From Takakia lepidozioides (taxonomy: Eukaryota > Plantae > Bryophyta), in the NCBI GenBank assembly GCA_030704615.1, contig CM060731.1, positions 52,266,001 through 52,330,000 of the forward strand: DNA of 64,000 bases, in the 5' to 3' direction. The notes under the pieces were generated by a model that did no database searches, was not told where the DNA came from, and saw only the letters and a program-made list of their open reading frames with translations. Every line of letters begins with the position of its first letter. The stretch's first letter is position 1. The translations under genes and the position numbers were made by a program. Below, in pieces: positions 1 to 13,500 of the stretch.

Positions 1-25
1 GGAATTCTTCGAAGAAGCTAAAAGC

Positions 26-3000
26 TTGTTCATCAAATACAGAGATGTATTTGCTTGGAGCTATGAGGATCTAAAAGGGATACCACCTGAAGTCTGTCAG
101 CATAAAATTGAACTGGAACCAGGGTCAGTGCCAATCAAGCAGGCGAGGTATAGAATGAATCCCAACTACGCACAGAAGGTTGGAGAAGAGATAAAGAAGT
201 TGGCTGAGGCTAAGTTTATATACCCAATAGAGTATACAACTTGGTTGTCACCCATTGTTATAGTTCCCAAGAAGAATGGCAAACTAAGAGTATGTGTGAA
301 CTATAAGAAGCTGAATGCTTGTACGAAGAAAGATCCTTTCCCTTTGCCATTCACAGAAGCAGTATTAGACACTGTGGCAGGCCATGAGATGTACTCATTC
401 ATGGATGGCTTCAGTGGTTATAATCAAGTGCAAGTGGCAGAAGAAGACCAAGGGAAAACAGCTTTCATCACAGACTGGGGGGCTTATGCATACAAAGTCA
501 TGCCCTTTGGACTTTGTAATGCACCAGCGACCTTTCAGAGAGTGATAAGTGAATCTTTTCAAGAGTATCTGGATGATTTCATGCAGGTGTTTTGGATGAT
601 TTCAGTGTGTACAGCTCTAAGAATGAGCACTTGCATAAATTGGAGTTATGCCTGGCCAGATGCAGGATGAGAGGTCTGGGCTTGAATCCAGAGAAGTGTA
701 CTTTCTGTGTGAACTCAGGGGTGCTTCTGGGACACATAGTGTGTAAGAAGGGACTTCTTGTGGATCCCAGGAAGACAGAGTCCATTAAAGTCTCTCCACC
801 ACCAGTGAATGTTAAGAGTTTAAGGAGATTCCTTGGGCAAACCAGTTATTACAGAAGATTTGTCAAAAGGTATGCACAAATAGCAGCACCATTGAGCAAG
901 CTTCTGAAGAAAGATGCAGTGTTTGCATGGACAGCTGAATGTCAACAGGCGTTTGAGGAACTTACACTGTCAGTAACAACTACACCTGTGCTGATTAACC
1001 CTCACTGGCATGTAGTATTTCATGTTCACTGCGATGCATCAGGAGAAGCATGGAGCGGTGTTAGCCCAGAATGTTACAGGGAATATAGATTCACCTGTGT
1101 ACTATGCTAGCCGGTTGATGAACAGTGCTGAGAGGAACTATAGCACAACGGAAAGAGAAGCATTGGCAATGATCTATGCAGTGAAGAAATTCAGGCATTA
1201 CCTATTGGGAAGAAAGTTTATGTTTTATGTGGATCACCAGGCTCTGATATATCTGGTGAACAAACCTTTGATAAGTGGAAGGATAGCGAGGTGGTTAATA
1301 ATCTTGCATGAGTTTGAGTTCGAGGTTATTTACAAGCCTGGCCGTTTGCATCTTGTGGCAGATCATTTGTCACGACTAACAACAGGAGAGGCCGCCACAG
1401 GAGTGGACGATCAGTTACCTGATGCGAGTTTATTTGTAATGGAGGTGCAAGGAAGTGCAGATGAATGGTTAGATTGGCAATGGCCAATCAGATACTACCT
1501 TGCTCATGGTCAGTGCCCACCTAGTTATGGTAAGGAGCAAAGGAAAAGAATTGCTATCAGAGCTTTACCTTATACTATGGTAGGAAGCAGAATGTATAAG
1601 TTAGGACCTGATGGAGTACTAAAACGATGCTTGTACCACCATGAAGTAAATAAAGTCTTGGAGGAAGTTCATAAAGGAGTGGCTGGAGGTCATTTTGGAG
1701 AAGAGACTACCAGTAGAAAGATACTACTCGCAGGATACTGGTGGCCTACGTTGTTCAAAGATGTACATGAGTATTGTCAGAAGTGTGATGAATGTCAGAG
1801 GCTAGGACCTTTGCAGAGATCTGGAAGAATGGCCTTGCATCCTACAATGCCTACGGAACCATTTCAGAAATGGGGACTAGACTTTGTTGGACCAATTAAT
1901 CCACCATCCAAGAATACACGAAACAGGTACATAATTACAGCCACTGATTATACTACAAAGTGGGTGGAAGCTAAAGCTTTGAGGGACAACACAGCCAAGT
2001 CCACAGCAAGGTTCCTGTACGAGAACATACTTACACGATTTGGATGTCCCTTAGAATTTATCAGTGATCAAGGAAGTCACTTCATGAATGAGACCATTGA
2101 GTTATTGACTAAAGAGTTTATGATTGTGCATAGAAAGAGTACAACATATTACCCACAGGGTAATGGACAGGCAGAGGCTACCAACAAAATACTATGTACT
2201 ATCTTGGCTAAGATAGTCAATGCAAACAGAACGGATTGGGATACAAAGCTGCTGACAGCTTTGTGGTCATACAGGACTTCATATAAAGTCACCACTAAGT
2301 ATACACCATTCCAATTAGTTTATGGTATGGAAGCCTTACTTCCAGTGGAATTCCTGTTACCTACCATGAGAACAGAGTGGGGAAAAAGAATGGAATTGCA
2401 AGACTCCATCAAGGTCAGGAAACATGAATTATACCATGTGGAAGAAGTACGTGCTGATGCAGCTGATAATATGACCAGAATTCAGATGAAGCGAAAGGAA
2501 CAGTTTGATAAAGGCAAATTAAAGACTTTTAAGACGGGGGATTTGGTTTTATGGTTGCAGAAGAAAGGAAAGATTCAAGCTTCTAAGCTTAAATCACCAT
2601 GGAAAGGACCTTATGTCATACAAAAGATGTATGATAACAACACAGCCATGTTACAAACCATTAACAAGGAAATGCTGGGAAGAGTCAATGCAAATAAGTT
2701 GAAGGGGTACAGTGGTATCCATGACAAACCCCTGCAACATGATTTGCATGTTGAACCGCAAGAGCAGTCACGGGCTGCACCAGTGTTACGAACGGAGTAT
2801 GGAACACTTGTCGCTAGGCCCAGTATATATGACCGGGGTGGGCAAAACAAACGTGACACAGCCTATCACAGCCCATCACGGCGTGACACAGCCTATCACA
2901 GCCCATCACGACGTGACACAGCCAACCACAGCCCAGCAAGGCGCACCACAGCCTATCACAGCCCATCACGGCGTGACACAGCCTATCACAGCCCATCACG

Positions 3001-3325
3001 ACGTGACACAGCCAACCACAGCCCAGCAAGGCGCACCACAGCCTATCACAGCCCATCACGGCGTGACACAGCCTATCACAGCCCATCACGACGTGACACA
3101 GCCAACCACAGCCCAGCAAGGCGCAACACAGCTTACCACAGCCCGTCACGACGTGACACAGCCTATCACAGCCCGTCACGACGTGACACAGCCAACCACA
3201 ACCAGCAAGGCGTGACACAGCCTATCACAACCTACCGCAGCGTGTCACAGCCTATCACAGCTTACCACAGTGCAACACAGCCTATCACAGCTCAAGACAG
3301 CCTACTAAAGTTACACGATCCATAG
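26..3325 (+). pseudogene. pol: gypsy pol (RT, RNase H, integrase) with two apparent frameshifts (~590, ~1050)
   Basis: RT motifs LRVCVNYKKLN, FMDGFSGYNQ, MPFGLCNAPATFQR; RNase H NYSTTEREALA, VDHQAL; integrase HHCC (GGHFG...CDECQ), WGLDFVGP, SDQGSHF, NGQAEATNK. Split over ORFs 26-670, 592-1110 and 1022-3325. Confidence 0.93.
2851..3300 (+). repeat. 30-bp tandem repeat with 90-bp higher-order period, in frame at the integrase C-terminus
   Basis: Units CGTGACACAGCCTATCACAGCCCATCACG / CGTGACACAGCCAACCACAGCCCAGCAAGG / CGCACCACAGCCTATCACAGCCCATCACGG, translating as RRDTAYHSPS-type repeats. Confidence 0.95.
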
Positions 3326-4059
3326 AATCAGTGACAAGTGGACACATAAAAACTTCAGTAAAATGGCTGAAGGAAGAAGAAACGGAAATTAATTTAAAAA
3401 TAGACACGTGGAGGTCAGGGTGCGACACACAGCAGAGAATGAAGTGCAAGGACAGGTGTCAAAAAGAAAGAGGACAAGAACGGCCGTCAAAAGGGATGAA
3501 AGGCGGACCCATTAATGATTACGGAAAAAGGGAAACAGAACGAACGGCAAGTACAGAAAAGCCGAATTCATGTCGCATGTGTGATCCTAGTGGACTATCC
3601 AACAGGGAAAGTCCACTAAAGAAGATAAAAGTTAAAATCCAGTCACAGCGGCCACAGCCAATAGAAAACCAGAAAAATGATCAAGAAAATGGAGGGAAAT
3701 TGAGCGCAAGAGGCGGCGTCGTTCAGAGTAACGGGCGTCTCGACAGGACAGGCCATAAATGCTATAACTTGGAAACTATGGAGGAACTAACAGACATTAC
3801 GCTCGCAATATTACTTACGCAGTGGCAGAGACACGAAACGAAAGAGCAGAGCTTTTCTCTTGAACAATGCTTGCAAGCCCCGCAGGCTTACAAGAGGTTA
3901 CCCATAGCTTTCTGCGGCAACCATACGTTTCTGCTTTGTGCACTACAGGCACTCCTGCAGTTGTTACAGCCAAAGCAGTTCGGTGAGTCTAAGATGAAGA
4001 GAGTGAGAGGAATGGAGGAAATCAGGGTGAAGAGCACCACCATTCTGCAGAAACAAACG

Positions 4060-7000
4060 ATGGCTACCCCACAGGCGACAAAGATACTGAAGGAGCTGAG
4101 ATTGGAAGGATTGCAAAGCAAGGATTGGACACTACACCATAGACAGTACATGTTACAATTTTTGCAGAACTTTGAGCCAAAGACAGGAACAACAACGGTG
4201 AAGGGAGTTGAATTAATGATTACTCCCCTATACCTCCAGCAATTGTTTCAATTGCCAGCAGGTCATGTGTATGTGGAAGAACACAGGGAAAGACTGCAAA
4301 TAGGGGATTTATTCCAAGAAGGGAGTTTCTTTAAAACTCAGGGTTATGCTTGTACCAAAGCTGTGTACCCAGGGTTAAAAGACATAAGCCAAGTATTGAA
4401 CGTTCTGATTGCCCTGAAACAGAACCAACAATATTTGAGCAAATCCTTCACAGAGGAAATCCTCAAAGGCTTGAAGGGACAAGAGGTACTATGGGCGGAC
4501 ATAATGTACAACGCACTGGTAGAGGAGATGAAAAGATTACAAAGTACTACCGCAAAATCTCCTATCATAGTGTCTGGCCCAATCATTGCTCAAATAATCC
4601 TTAGTTCGGGCATACTTAATGCACAAGAAAGGAAGGAAATGGGAGTGTTTGAGCCAGAAACAACTGCAATGGAAGAGCAAGGCTCTTCACACAGTGAGGG
4701 TGGACTAGCAGCACAACCAGAGACTAAGAGGCAGAGAAGGGGAAAGACTGTAGTGGCGGATCCACTGGCTTCACGGATTCCGCATGATAATGTTTTCATA
4801 ACCAGGAAGGGGCACAGCAGCACAAAAGAATGTTATTACTGGAAGCAGGACCTTCAGAGAGGGAGGAAGAAGTTACTTCTGCATCACAACCAACACAGCC
4901 ACTTGAACGACTTGTCACAAGGTCACAAGTTATCCATGCAGCTCAAACCGAAATAATTGATTTGGAAAGTGAAGGATAGAGATTCCAACTACAGAGCAGA
5001 TAGTGGCAGAAATAGAGAAAGGGGACCTTCTCTATGAATATTCTGGTCTGGTAAAGGAGACAGAAATCCCAGAGGTGCAACAGTTGCCCAAAGGAAATCC
5101 TGAGGTGCATATAATGCACACACCTGTGTTGGAGGTACCACAGCAGAAGGCCATGACACTGTAGCACCGGTCATGAATGAAGTAGTTCAGGAAGAAAATC
5201 CGGTGGGACAATGGTCTGAATGGTTAGTGAGACATCATACTGTTGAAGATCGGGAGGAACAGCAGCAACCTCACCATGATGACCCTCAACAGGAATGCTG
5301 ATGAGTTCCATAGGCAGGACACTTAATTTGTTGGGGACTTATGTCAAAACCCATGTTCCAATTACCCAATTGACAGCCTTGAAAGAAGAACTCAGGAAGG
5401 AGTTTGAGGCTCGACTTGCCACTGAGTGTGCAAACAAGGTCGATGAAGAGGTCACTCTCAAGATGAAGCAGGACTTGGCCAATACAGAAATGGCTTTGCA
5501 ATTAGCCAAGCAACAATTGATTGAGGCAGGCCTCGCGCAAGACCAGTTGCACGAAGCACATAAGCAACAGCTATACCAAATGCAGGTGCAGCATGAAAGC
5601 AAGTTGCAAGAACTGAATGCACTACATACGGAGTTGCAAACAGTGCATAACAGGATGGCAATACAATGCGCTACAATTACAACTATGCTTGACCAATCAA
5701 CAAAAGAAATAAACAGTCAAGCGGAAAAATGTACGAAGGCAGAAGAAGAGAATGCGGAGCACATGAAGCTCATTGTCGATATGAAGAATACAATCTGTCG
5801 CAATGAAGATACTCTCAAGCAATACAGGCAGATGGAAGCTGAGAATGAGAAATACATCGTGGAGTTGCAACAAAACATCGTGGCCAATAGAAATGAAATC
5901 TCAATCAGTAACAAGGCTTCGAAAGAAGCCAATAATCTACTTGTTGCCTATGCGCAATTGGTTGAGCCACAGGCGAAGCGCATGAAGGATTTACAACAGC
6001 AGTTGGAATTGTATAAGCTAAGAGAGGAGCAAACTCTCAGGGGAACCACAAGCAGCTTGGTGGATAACAGCCTTATGCAGGTCTGGCTAGCACAAGGGCC
6101 AGTAGAAGGCAAAGCCCCACGGAAGCTCACCCAAAGCGAGATGAATGAGCTTAGACTGCAGGTGCAGAACATTGCCACAACTACTATAGACAATGTCTAT
6201 AGTAGGATAGCAGAGTTACAAGAGGATGTAGACGGACTCCAGACTCAAGTGGAAGACCTCACTTCAAACATCGACCAAAGAGTCTATATCCCTCGGGAAC
6301 AGCTAATGGCTTCTTATTTGAAAGCCAGAACTCTGGCTTTTCAGTCTTCACAGGAGGTGCAAGAGATGCCAATGGTACAGGAACCACTACCACCACCACC
6401 ACAACAGGTCAGTGTACCAGTAACTGAACCTGTGGTTACTACAACCACACCACAGCCACCACAGCCGGAGGTATGGGGCAATGCAGCTTTTAACCCACCT
6501 AAAACTCCAGCTGCCAGGGAGTACAGTAGGGCTATGATTATGCCCTTCAACCAAATTCCATTCATGTTGGATTTGGCTTGGAAAGAATTTAGTCCTCCGC
6601 AGTCATTCGCACATTACTACCAAATCATGCGTATTTGGCTGCCAGTGGCAACCAGGACTAAAGTTCTTCCAAACAATCGACATATTGAAGATCATCACTT
6701 TGCACAATACTGGCACGAGGCAGGTACAATGTTGAGGGAATTGGTTGCTTTCCAGGTTGTACATGGACTCATTTATACCAAGACCAAGGAGATAGCAAGT
6801 ATTGTCATGGGGTGCGGGCTATACTACGCTGCTTGTTTTCTGATACGTTACCACATTGAGCAACAAAAGATGCAAGCACGCTTTCAAAGTTACTCCAGTG
6901 GAGATCATTGGGTATTACCTTCGGTGCCACCTCATATGTACCTATATGACCCAAAAGTTATGATACAGAAGGATTCTCAAATTCGTTCATGGTTTCAAGC

Positions 7001-7535
7001 AGCCTGCAACAATTTGTCAACACAGAAATTCGGACTTGATGACATTTTCTATAAGGGACATATCGCATGGAAATACTTGCACGCGGCACCAGTAATTGGT
7101 ACCCCACTCATTTGGACAGACAAGGAGCTCAGTGTCTACACCAATTTTGCTGTTCAACGGTTGCACCAGGTTGTAAAATGCAAACTTCCAGACATGGTAG
7201 GACAGCATTGTATGCCCCAGATGATTCCACAAAAAGTTCGAAAATTAAAACACCTAAGAGGCGATGACGATTCTGATACAACTGGTTCTTCACAAAATTC
7301 TTTTGACATGGGAGAAGACTATACAATTCAGATGGAAGCGAAGAAACAAAGGGGATCTCCTCTGCCGGAAAGATTACCTCGATATCAGCCTCCAGAAGGC
7401 CTCACTTATCCAGGTAGTAATCAACCATCTCCATCAACCAGAGACAGACCTCGGGCTCGTACACACAGCCCACCACGAAACTCTCAACGTCAACAAAGTG
7501 ATCACTCACAAAGGTTTGCTACTCGAAAACAGTAA
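4060..7535 (+). CDS. accessory ORF(s) between pol and the 3' LTR, probably one frameshifted ORF; N-terminal part like plant retroelement accessory domains, C-terminal part coiled-coil
   Basis: ORFs 3331-4956 (likely ATG 4060, MATPQ...) and 5295-7535. Pattern FLQNF...VKGVELMIT...LFQLP...GQEVLWADIMYNAL, then a long Q/E/L-rich heptad region. Confidence 0.6.
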
Positions 7536-7556
7536 ACCGTGAGGACACGGCTTTTT

Positions 7557-7570
7557 GAGGGGGGAAGGGG
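7557..7570 (+). promoter_or_regulatory. polypurine tract of copy A
   Basis: All-purine, G-rich run at 7557-7570, three bases before the LTR start TGTTAG. Confidence 0.85.
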
Positions 7571-7573
7571 TAA

Positions 7574-8678
7574 TGTTAGAGGACTGTAGGGGACTTAGAC
7601 ACTTATACGGGATCTGTAGGGTACCCTTAATTTTTGCACAGACTGAGACAAACAGGAACCTTAGGGGTGACAGCAGAGCACTGTAGAAGGGGGTTACACA
7701 ACCCACACAGCCCACACAGCCGTCACAGCCGTCACAGCCCACACAGCCGACACAGCCCACACAGCCCACACAGCCCGACACAGCCGTCACAGCCCACACA
7801 GCCCACACAGCCGTCACAGCACAACACCCGTCACAGCCACACAGCCCACACAGTCACACACACACACAGCCCACACAGCCCGACACAGCCGTCACAGCCC
7901 ACACAGCCCACACAGCCGTCACAGCCAACACAGCCCGTCACAGTCGTCACAGCCCACACAGCCCACACAGCCCGTCACAGTCGTCACAGCAGACACAGCC
8001 CACACAGCCAGTCACAGCCCGGCATAGCCACACAGCCAGTCACAGCCCGACACAGCCAAACACAGCCAGTCACCGCTTGACACAGCTGTCACGATAATAG
8101 GGAATGAAGAGTAGGACAGGGAACGACTGTGGGGAACAACACCAGAGAAGGGAACATGTTAGTTCACATACGACGGTTAGAGAGGGAAACGGTTAGAACC
8201 GCGGATAGAAGGATAAAGGGAAGAACGGGGATTATGATGAGATCATTATTCGGGGAGGACTTGGGAGTCAGGCGGAAGCGGAGATCGGAGAGCACGATGA
8301 AGGAGGATTAGTAGATGCTTGTTAGATGCAAAGCCGTAGGGATATTGTAGAGGAGAATAGAGATACAATGGCTTCGGCCTGATACCTGATAAATCATAAT
8401 CTGATATTTATACGATACAATCACACTGTGTAGAGAGATCTGAGTGAAGCTGTGGATTGAATGGAGGAGTGAAGGAAACTAATACGTAATTATCAATGGT
8501 AAGGTAGCTAAGATGAATGCGAAAAGGGAAACAAATAGGAAACACCCCCATGATACACTAGCTGTAGGTCATGACTGATTGTTCTGCGCGGGCTGAGTAC
8601 TTAGAGATTTCCAACTCTTCTATCTTGGAGTTTCCGCCTCGGATAGCGAAGGGATGGGTGAGTAAAAGCCGCGCGACA
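7574..8678 (+). repeat. 3' LTR of gypsy copy A (~1.1 kb) containing a CACAGCC-based 9-10-bp minisatellite (~7696-8080)
   Basis: Starts TGTTAGAGGACTG and ends GTAAAAGCCGCGCGACA; homologous to the reverse complement of 26680-27683. Confidence 0.92.
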
Positions 8679-9206
8679 GCTCTTGCACCCAGGCACACCT
8701 GCGAGGGCTTTCAATTTTGGAATGACACTTGTTATCTCGCGCAATTCGTCATCATCCAATAAGGGAGTTTGCACTGGCGGAGGAATCTCAGAAACATCCT
8801 CCAAGGACGAGTCCGAAAGAGTAACGAAGGTAGTGGATGTGCTCACCTCTTGTTTCACAGGAACTGTGCCCTTCTGTTGCACGACCGATGCTGCAGTGCC
8901 AGGGGTAACGACTGATCCTGCTGATTGTCTTCTCTCTTTTCCAAGGACACGGTATGTTCCTGGAAGGACTCTCCACTTCCTTCCACACTCGCCAACCAAG
9001 GGTTTCTCCAAGTGCCCAGAATCCAAATTCCCATCCTCGTCATACACCTCTTTCTGAACAAGCAGAGAACCCAACTCCAGCGGGAACACTGTAACCAGCT
9101 CATCCTCATGAACAACTGCATACCCATCGTCGTCTGCAGTGGCAGTCAGTGGAAGAGTACCTGCATTGGAATGGAATCGAGCGAGTGCATCTCGCTCCCT
9201 CGACAT
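8679..9206 (-). CDS. 5' part of an unknown gene divergent from the ParB-MTase gene, cut by the LTR insertion
   Basis: Open frame from ATG 9206 (MSRERDALARFHSNAG...) for 176 codons, running straight into the LTR end at 8678. Confidence 0.5.
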
Positions 9207-10148
9207 GTTTTCCAGCACTGAACGAAACTGCCGATGCAGAACGGAATCCCCGAACTGAGAGCCCGTAATTATCGAAAGTGGAAATACCACCAGCAAACTG
9301 AGGTCAACAAGGGTAGCACCAAACCCAAGGCTGCCGGCGATGCATGCCAAGGATGTAGGGATGACGTGCACATTCACCTCCCACCAACCAGAAAAACGGT
9401 TTTGAAAGACCAGAGCCACAAGAAGCCGTACTGTTTTTGGATGGAAAACAAACCCTGAAATTGACATGAAACCATCCATTATGAAATGACGGCAACAACC
9501 CTGGAGAGCAGTAAACAGGAAGATCCGATTGTAATGAGATTGTGTTGCGCCAGAATAGCACAGAACAAACACCGACACTTCAAGAGATACCTCGCACGAA
9601 TGTGTGCAACACATGGTCATATCCGACACAATCCTTTATACCGAATGACCCCATGGGGACGGTCACGGCATAAAAAAAACCACAGGGCATGCAGCACAAC
9701 ACACGTGGATGCATATGTGAAGCATAACAATTATTGCGAATCTGGAAGAACTGCTCGGAATTGAAAAAGCACTACATTTCTACGGCGCATTCGAATTTGA
9801 AAGAAGGCAAGGAGGCCGCCATGTATTGGCAGGCGGCGAAGCACATCTGACATATATCGCAAATGCATGCAACGGATATTCTTTTTCTTCGGCGCTTTAT
9901 TAGCTGGGTAATACAAAGACGACAAAATGGATGAATTCCGTTCGCACACAATATCAACACCCGCATCCAAATACGGTTGACAACGTCCATTTTTATTTTT
10001 GTTACATGCGATACCAGAACTTGTTGCAAACGTCAAACTGGAGAGCTCCAGGGGCATCGTGGGGAGCCCTTGTTTCCAGCGGAGGAGAAAGAGAAGGAAG
10101 TCATTATACTTCACGAGTTCTAGAAACAGGAATAGAGCTAGATATAGA

Positions 10149-10460
10149 ATGAGGATGGAAAGAGTGGAGGAAGAGGAAAAGGAGGAAGAAGAGGGAATAC
10201 AGGAAAGTGTGGCGATGGAGGAGCAGGAATCTGGAGAAGAACAACAACCCACCATAGTTCCAGGAACAGGCGAGGAGGACACTGCGTCTGAGGGAGAGAC
10301 AGACGACATGGAGGAAGATGTTGACACTGGCCTCACGGACGATCTGACCACGGGAAAGAGGAAGGGGGAGAGGCTCACCTACATAGTCGGCGAAGAGAGC
10401 AGCCCCAAACGGAAAGCGTCCCCGGCAACTGGGGAGTCTTCTCGAGTAGCTACGAAAAAG
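10149..10460 (+). CDS. probable exon 1 of the ParB-MTase gene (acidic, low complexity, basic NLS-like patches)
   Basis: MRMERVEEEEKEEEE...KRKGER...PKRK...ATKK. The phase-0 donor AAG|GTAAAA at 10460 fits the phase-0 acceptor TTGCAG|G at 15965. Confidence 0.5.
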
Positions 10461-10541
10461 GTAAAATCCACACGACCCATATTTGTGAAGAATTCGGCTT
10501 TGAATGGCAGGTATTTGTGAAAGAAAGAACCATTGGTCTTG

Positions 10542-13500
10542 CAAAATTTGGTCTTGATGTCTGTTATGTGAGGGTGAAACGAACCCTTCACTGCCAGCCC
10601 AGACAGTGTGCGGCAACGCACACTGTTTGAGCTGAGCATTTCAATGTTTCTGGGTGCAAAATTTGGACTTCAGGGGCACCTGTGTGAGTGTGAAAAGAAC
10701 CCTTCACTGCCAGCCCAGACAGTGTGCGGCAACGCACACTGTTTGAGCTGAGCATTTCAATGTTTATGGGTGCAAAATTTGGACTTCAGGGGCACCTGTG
10801 TGAGTGTGAAATGAACCCTTCACTGCCAGCTCAGACAGTGTGCGGCAACGCACACTGTTTGAGCTGGGCATTTCGGTGTTTCTGGGTGCAAAATTTGGTC
10901 TTTGCTGTCTGTTATCTGAGGTTGAAATGAACCCTTCAAAACCAGCTCAAACAGCGTGCGGCAACGCACAATGTTTGAGCAGACCTTTTCAATGTTTTAG
11001 GGTTCAAAATTTGGTCTTGATGTCTGTTATGTTAGTGTGAAATGAACCCTTCACTGCCAGCTCAGACAGTGTGCGGCAACGCACACTGTTTGAGCTGAGC
11101 ATTTCAATGTTTCTGGATGCAAAAATTGGACTTCAGGGGCACCTGTGTGAGTGTGAAATGAACCCTTCACTGCCAGCCCAGACAGTGTGCGGCAACGCAC
11201 ACTGTTTGAGCTGAGCATTTCAATGTTTCTGGGTGCAAAATTTGGACTTCACGGGCACCCGTGTGAGTGTGAAATGAACCCTTCACTGCCAGCTCAGACA
11301 GTGTGCGGCAACGCACACTGTTTGAGCTGAGCATTTCAATGTTTCTGGATGCAAAATTTGGACTTCAGGGGCACCTGTGTGAGTGTGAAAAGAACCCTTC
11401 ACTGCCAGCTCATACAGTGTGCGGCAACGCACACTGTTTGAGCTGAGCATTTCAATGTTTCTGGGTGAAATATTTGGACTTCAGGGGCACCTGTGTGAGT
11501 GTGAAAAGAACCCTTCACTGCCAGCCCAGACAGTGTGCGGCAACGCACACTGTTTGAGCTGAGCATTTCAATGTTTCTGGGTGCAAAATTTGGACTTCAT
11601 GGGCACCCGTGTGAGTGTGAAAAGAACCCTTCACTGCCAGCTCAGACAGTGTGCGGCAACGCACACTGTTTGAGCTGAGCATTTCAATGTTTCTGGATGC
11701 AAAAATTGGACTTCAGGGGCACCTGTGTGAGTGTGAAAAGAACCCTTCACTGCCAGCTCATACAGTGTGCGGCAACGCACACTGTTTGAGCTGAGCATTT
11801 CAATGTTTCTGGGTGAAATATTTGGACTTCAGGGGCACCTGTGTGAGTGTGAAAAGAACCCTTCACTGCCAGCTCAGACAGTGTGCGGCAACGCACACTG
11901 TTTGAGCTGAGCATTTCAATGTTTCTGGATGCAAAAATTGGACTTCAGGGGCACCTGTGTGAGTGTGAAATGAACCCTTCACTGCCAGCTCATACAGTGT
12001 GCGGCAACGCACACTGTTTGAGCTGAGCATTTCAATGTTTCTGGGTGAAATATTTGGACTTCAGGGGCACCTGTGTGAGTGTGAAAAGAACCCTTCACTG
12101 CCAGCTCAGACAGTGTGCGGCAACGCACACTGTTTGAGCTGAGCATTTCAATGTTTCTGGGTGAAATATTTGGACTTCAGGGGCACCTGTGTGAGTGTGA
12201 AAAGAACCCTTCACTGCCAGCCCAGACAGTGTGCGGCAACGCACACTGTTTGAGCTGAGCATTTCAATGTTTCTGGGTGCAAAATTTGGACTTCATGGGC
12301 ACCTGTGTGAGTGTGAAAAGAACCCTTCACTGCCAGCTCAGACAGTGTGCGGCAACGCACACTGTTTGAGCTGAGCATTTCAATGTTTCTGGGTGAAATA
12401 TTTGGACTTCAGGGGCACCTGTGTGAGTGTGAAAAGAACCCTTCACTGCCAGCTCAGACAGTGTGCAGCAACGCACACTGTTTGAGCTGAGCATTTCAAT
12501 GTTTCTGGATGCAAAAATTGGACTTCAGGGGCACCTGTGTGAGTGTGAAATGAACCCTTCACTGCCAGCTCAGACAGTGTGCGGCAACGCACACTGTTTG
12601 AGCTGAGCATTTCAATGTTTCTGGGTGAAATATTTGGACTTCAGGGGCACCTGTGTGAGTGTGAAAAGAACCCTTCACTGCCAGCTCAGACAGTGTGCGG
12701 CAACGCACACTGTTTGAGCTGAGCATTTCAATGTTTCTGGGTGAAATATTTGGACTTCAGGGGCACCCGTGTGAGTGTGAAAAGAACCCTTCACTGCCAG
12801 CTCAGACAGTGTGCGGCAACGCACACTGTTTGAGCTGAGCATTTCAATGTTTCTGGGTGAAATATTTGGACTTCAGGGGCACCTGTGTGAGTGTGAAAAG
12901 AACCCTTCACTGCCAGCTCAGACAGTGTGCGGCAACGCACACTGTTTGAGCTGAGCATTTCAATGTTTCTGGGTGAAATATTTGGACTTCATGGGCACCC
13001 GTGTGAGTGTGAAAAGAACCCTTCACTGCCAGCTCAGACAGTGTGCGGCAACGCACACTGTTTGAGCTGAGCATTTCAATGTTTCTGGGTGAAATATTTG
13101 GACTTCAGGGGCACCTGTGTGAGTGTGAAAAGAACCCTTCACTGCCAGCCCAGACAGTGTGCGGCAACGCACACTGTTTGAGCTGAGCATTTCAATGTTT
13201 CTGGGTGCAAAATTTGGACTTCAGGGGCACCCTGTGTGAGTGTGAAAAGAACCCTTCACTGCCAGCTCAGACAGTGTGCGGCAACGCACACTGTTTGAGC
13301 TGAGCATTTCAATGTTTCTGGGTGAAATATTTGGACTTCAGGGGCACCTGTGTGAGTGTGAAAAGAACCCTTCACTGCCAGCTCAGACAGTGTGCGGCAA
13401 CGCACACTGTTTGAGCTGAGCATTTCAATGTTTCTGGGTGAAATATTTGGACTTCATGGGCACCCGTGTGAGTGTGAAAAGAACCCTTCACTGCCAGCTC

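Larger units (their letters stand above)
1..8678 (+). mobile_element. Ty3/gypsy LTR retrotransposon, copy A (non-chromovirus, Athila/Tat/Ogre/Phygy-like); 5' part lies outside the window
   Basis: Domain order RT-RNaseH-INT, extra 3' ORFs, purine tract before 7574, and a TG...CA LTR at 7574-8678 matching the LTR at 26680-27683. Confidence 0.95.

Noticed and set aside
7506-8080. H/S/P/T-rich and C/V/G-rich ORFs; similar ones at 2712-3218 and 43787-44549
   Set aside because: Translations of simple repeats with no evidence of coding function.
10510-10511. Donor CAG|GTATTT as the end of exon 1
   Set aside because: It is phase 2 and incompatible with the phase-0 acceptor at 15965.
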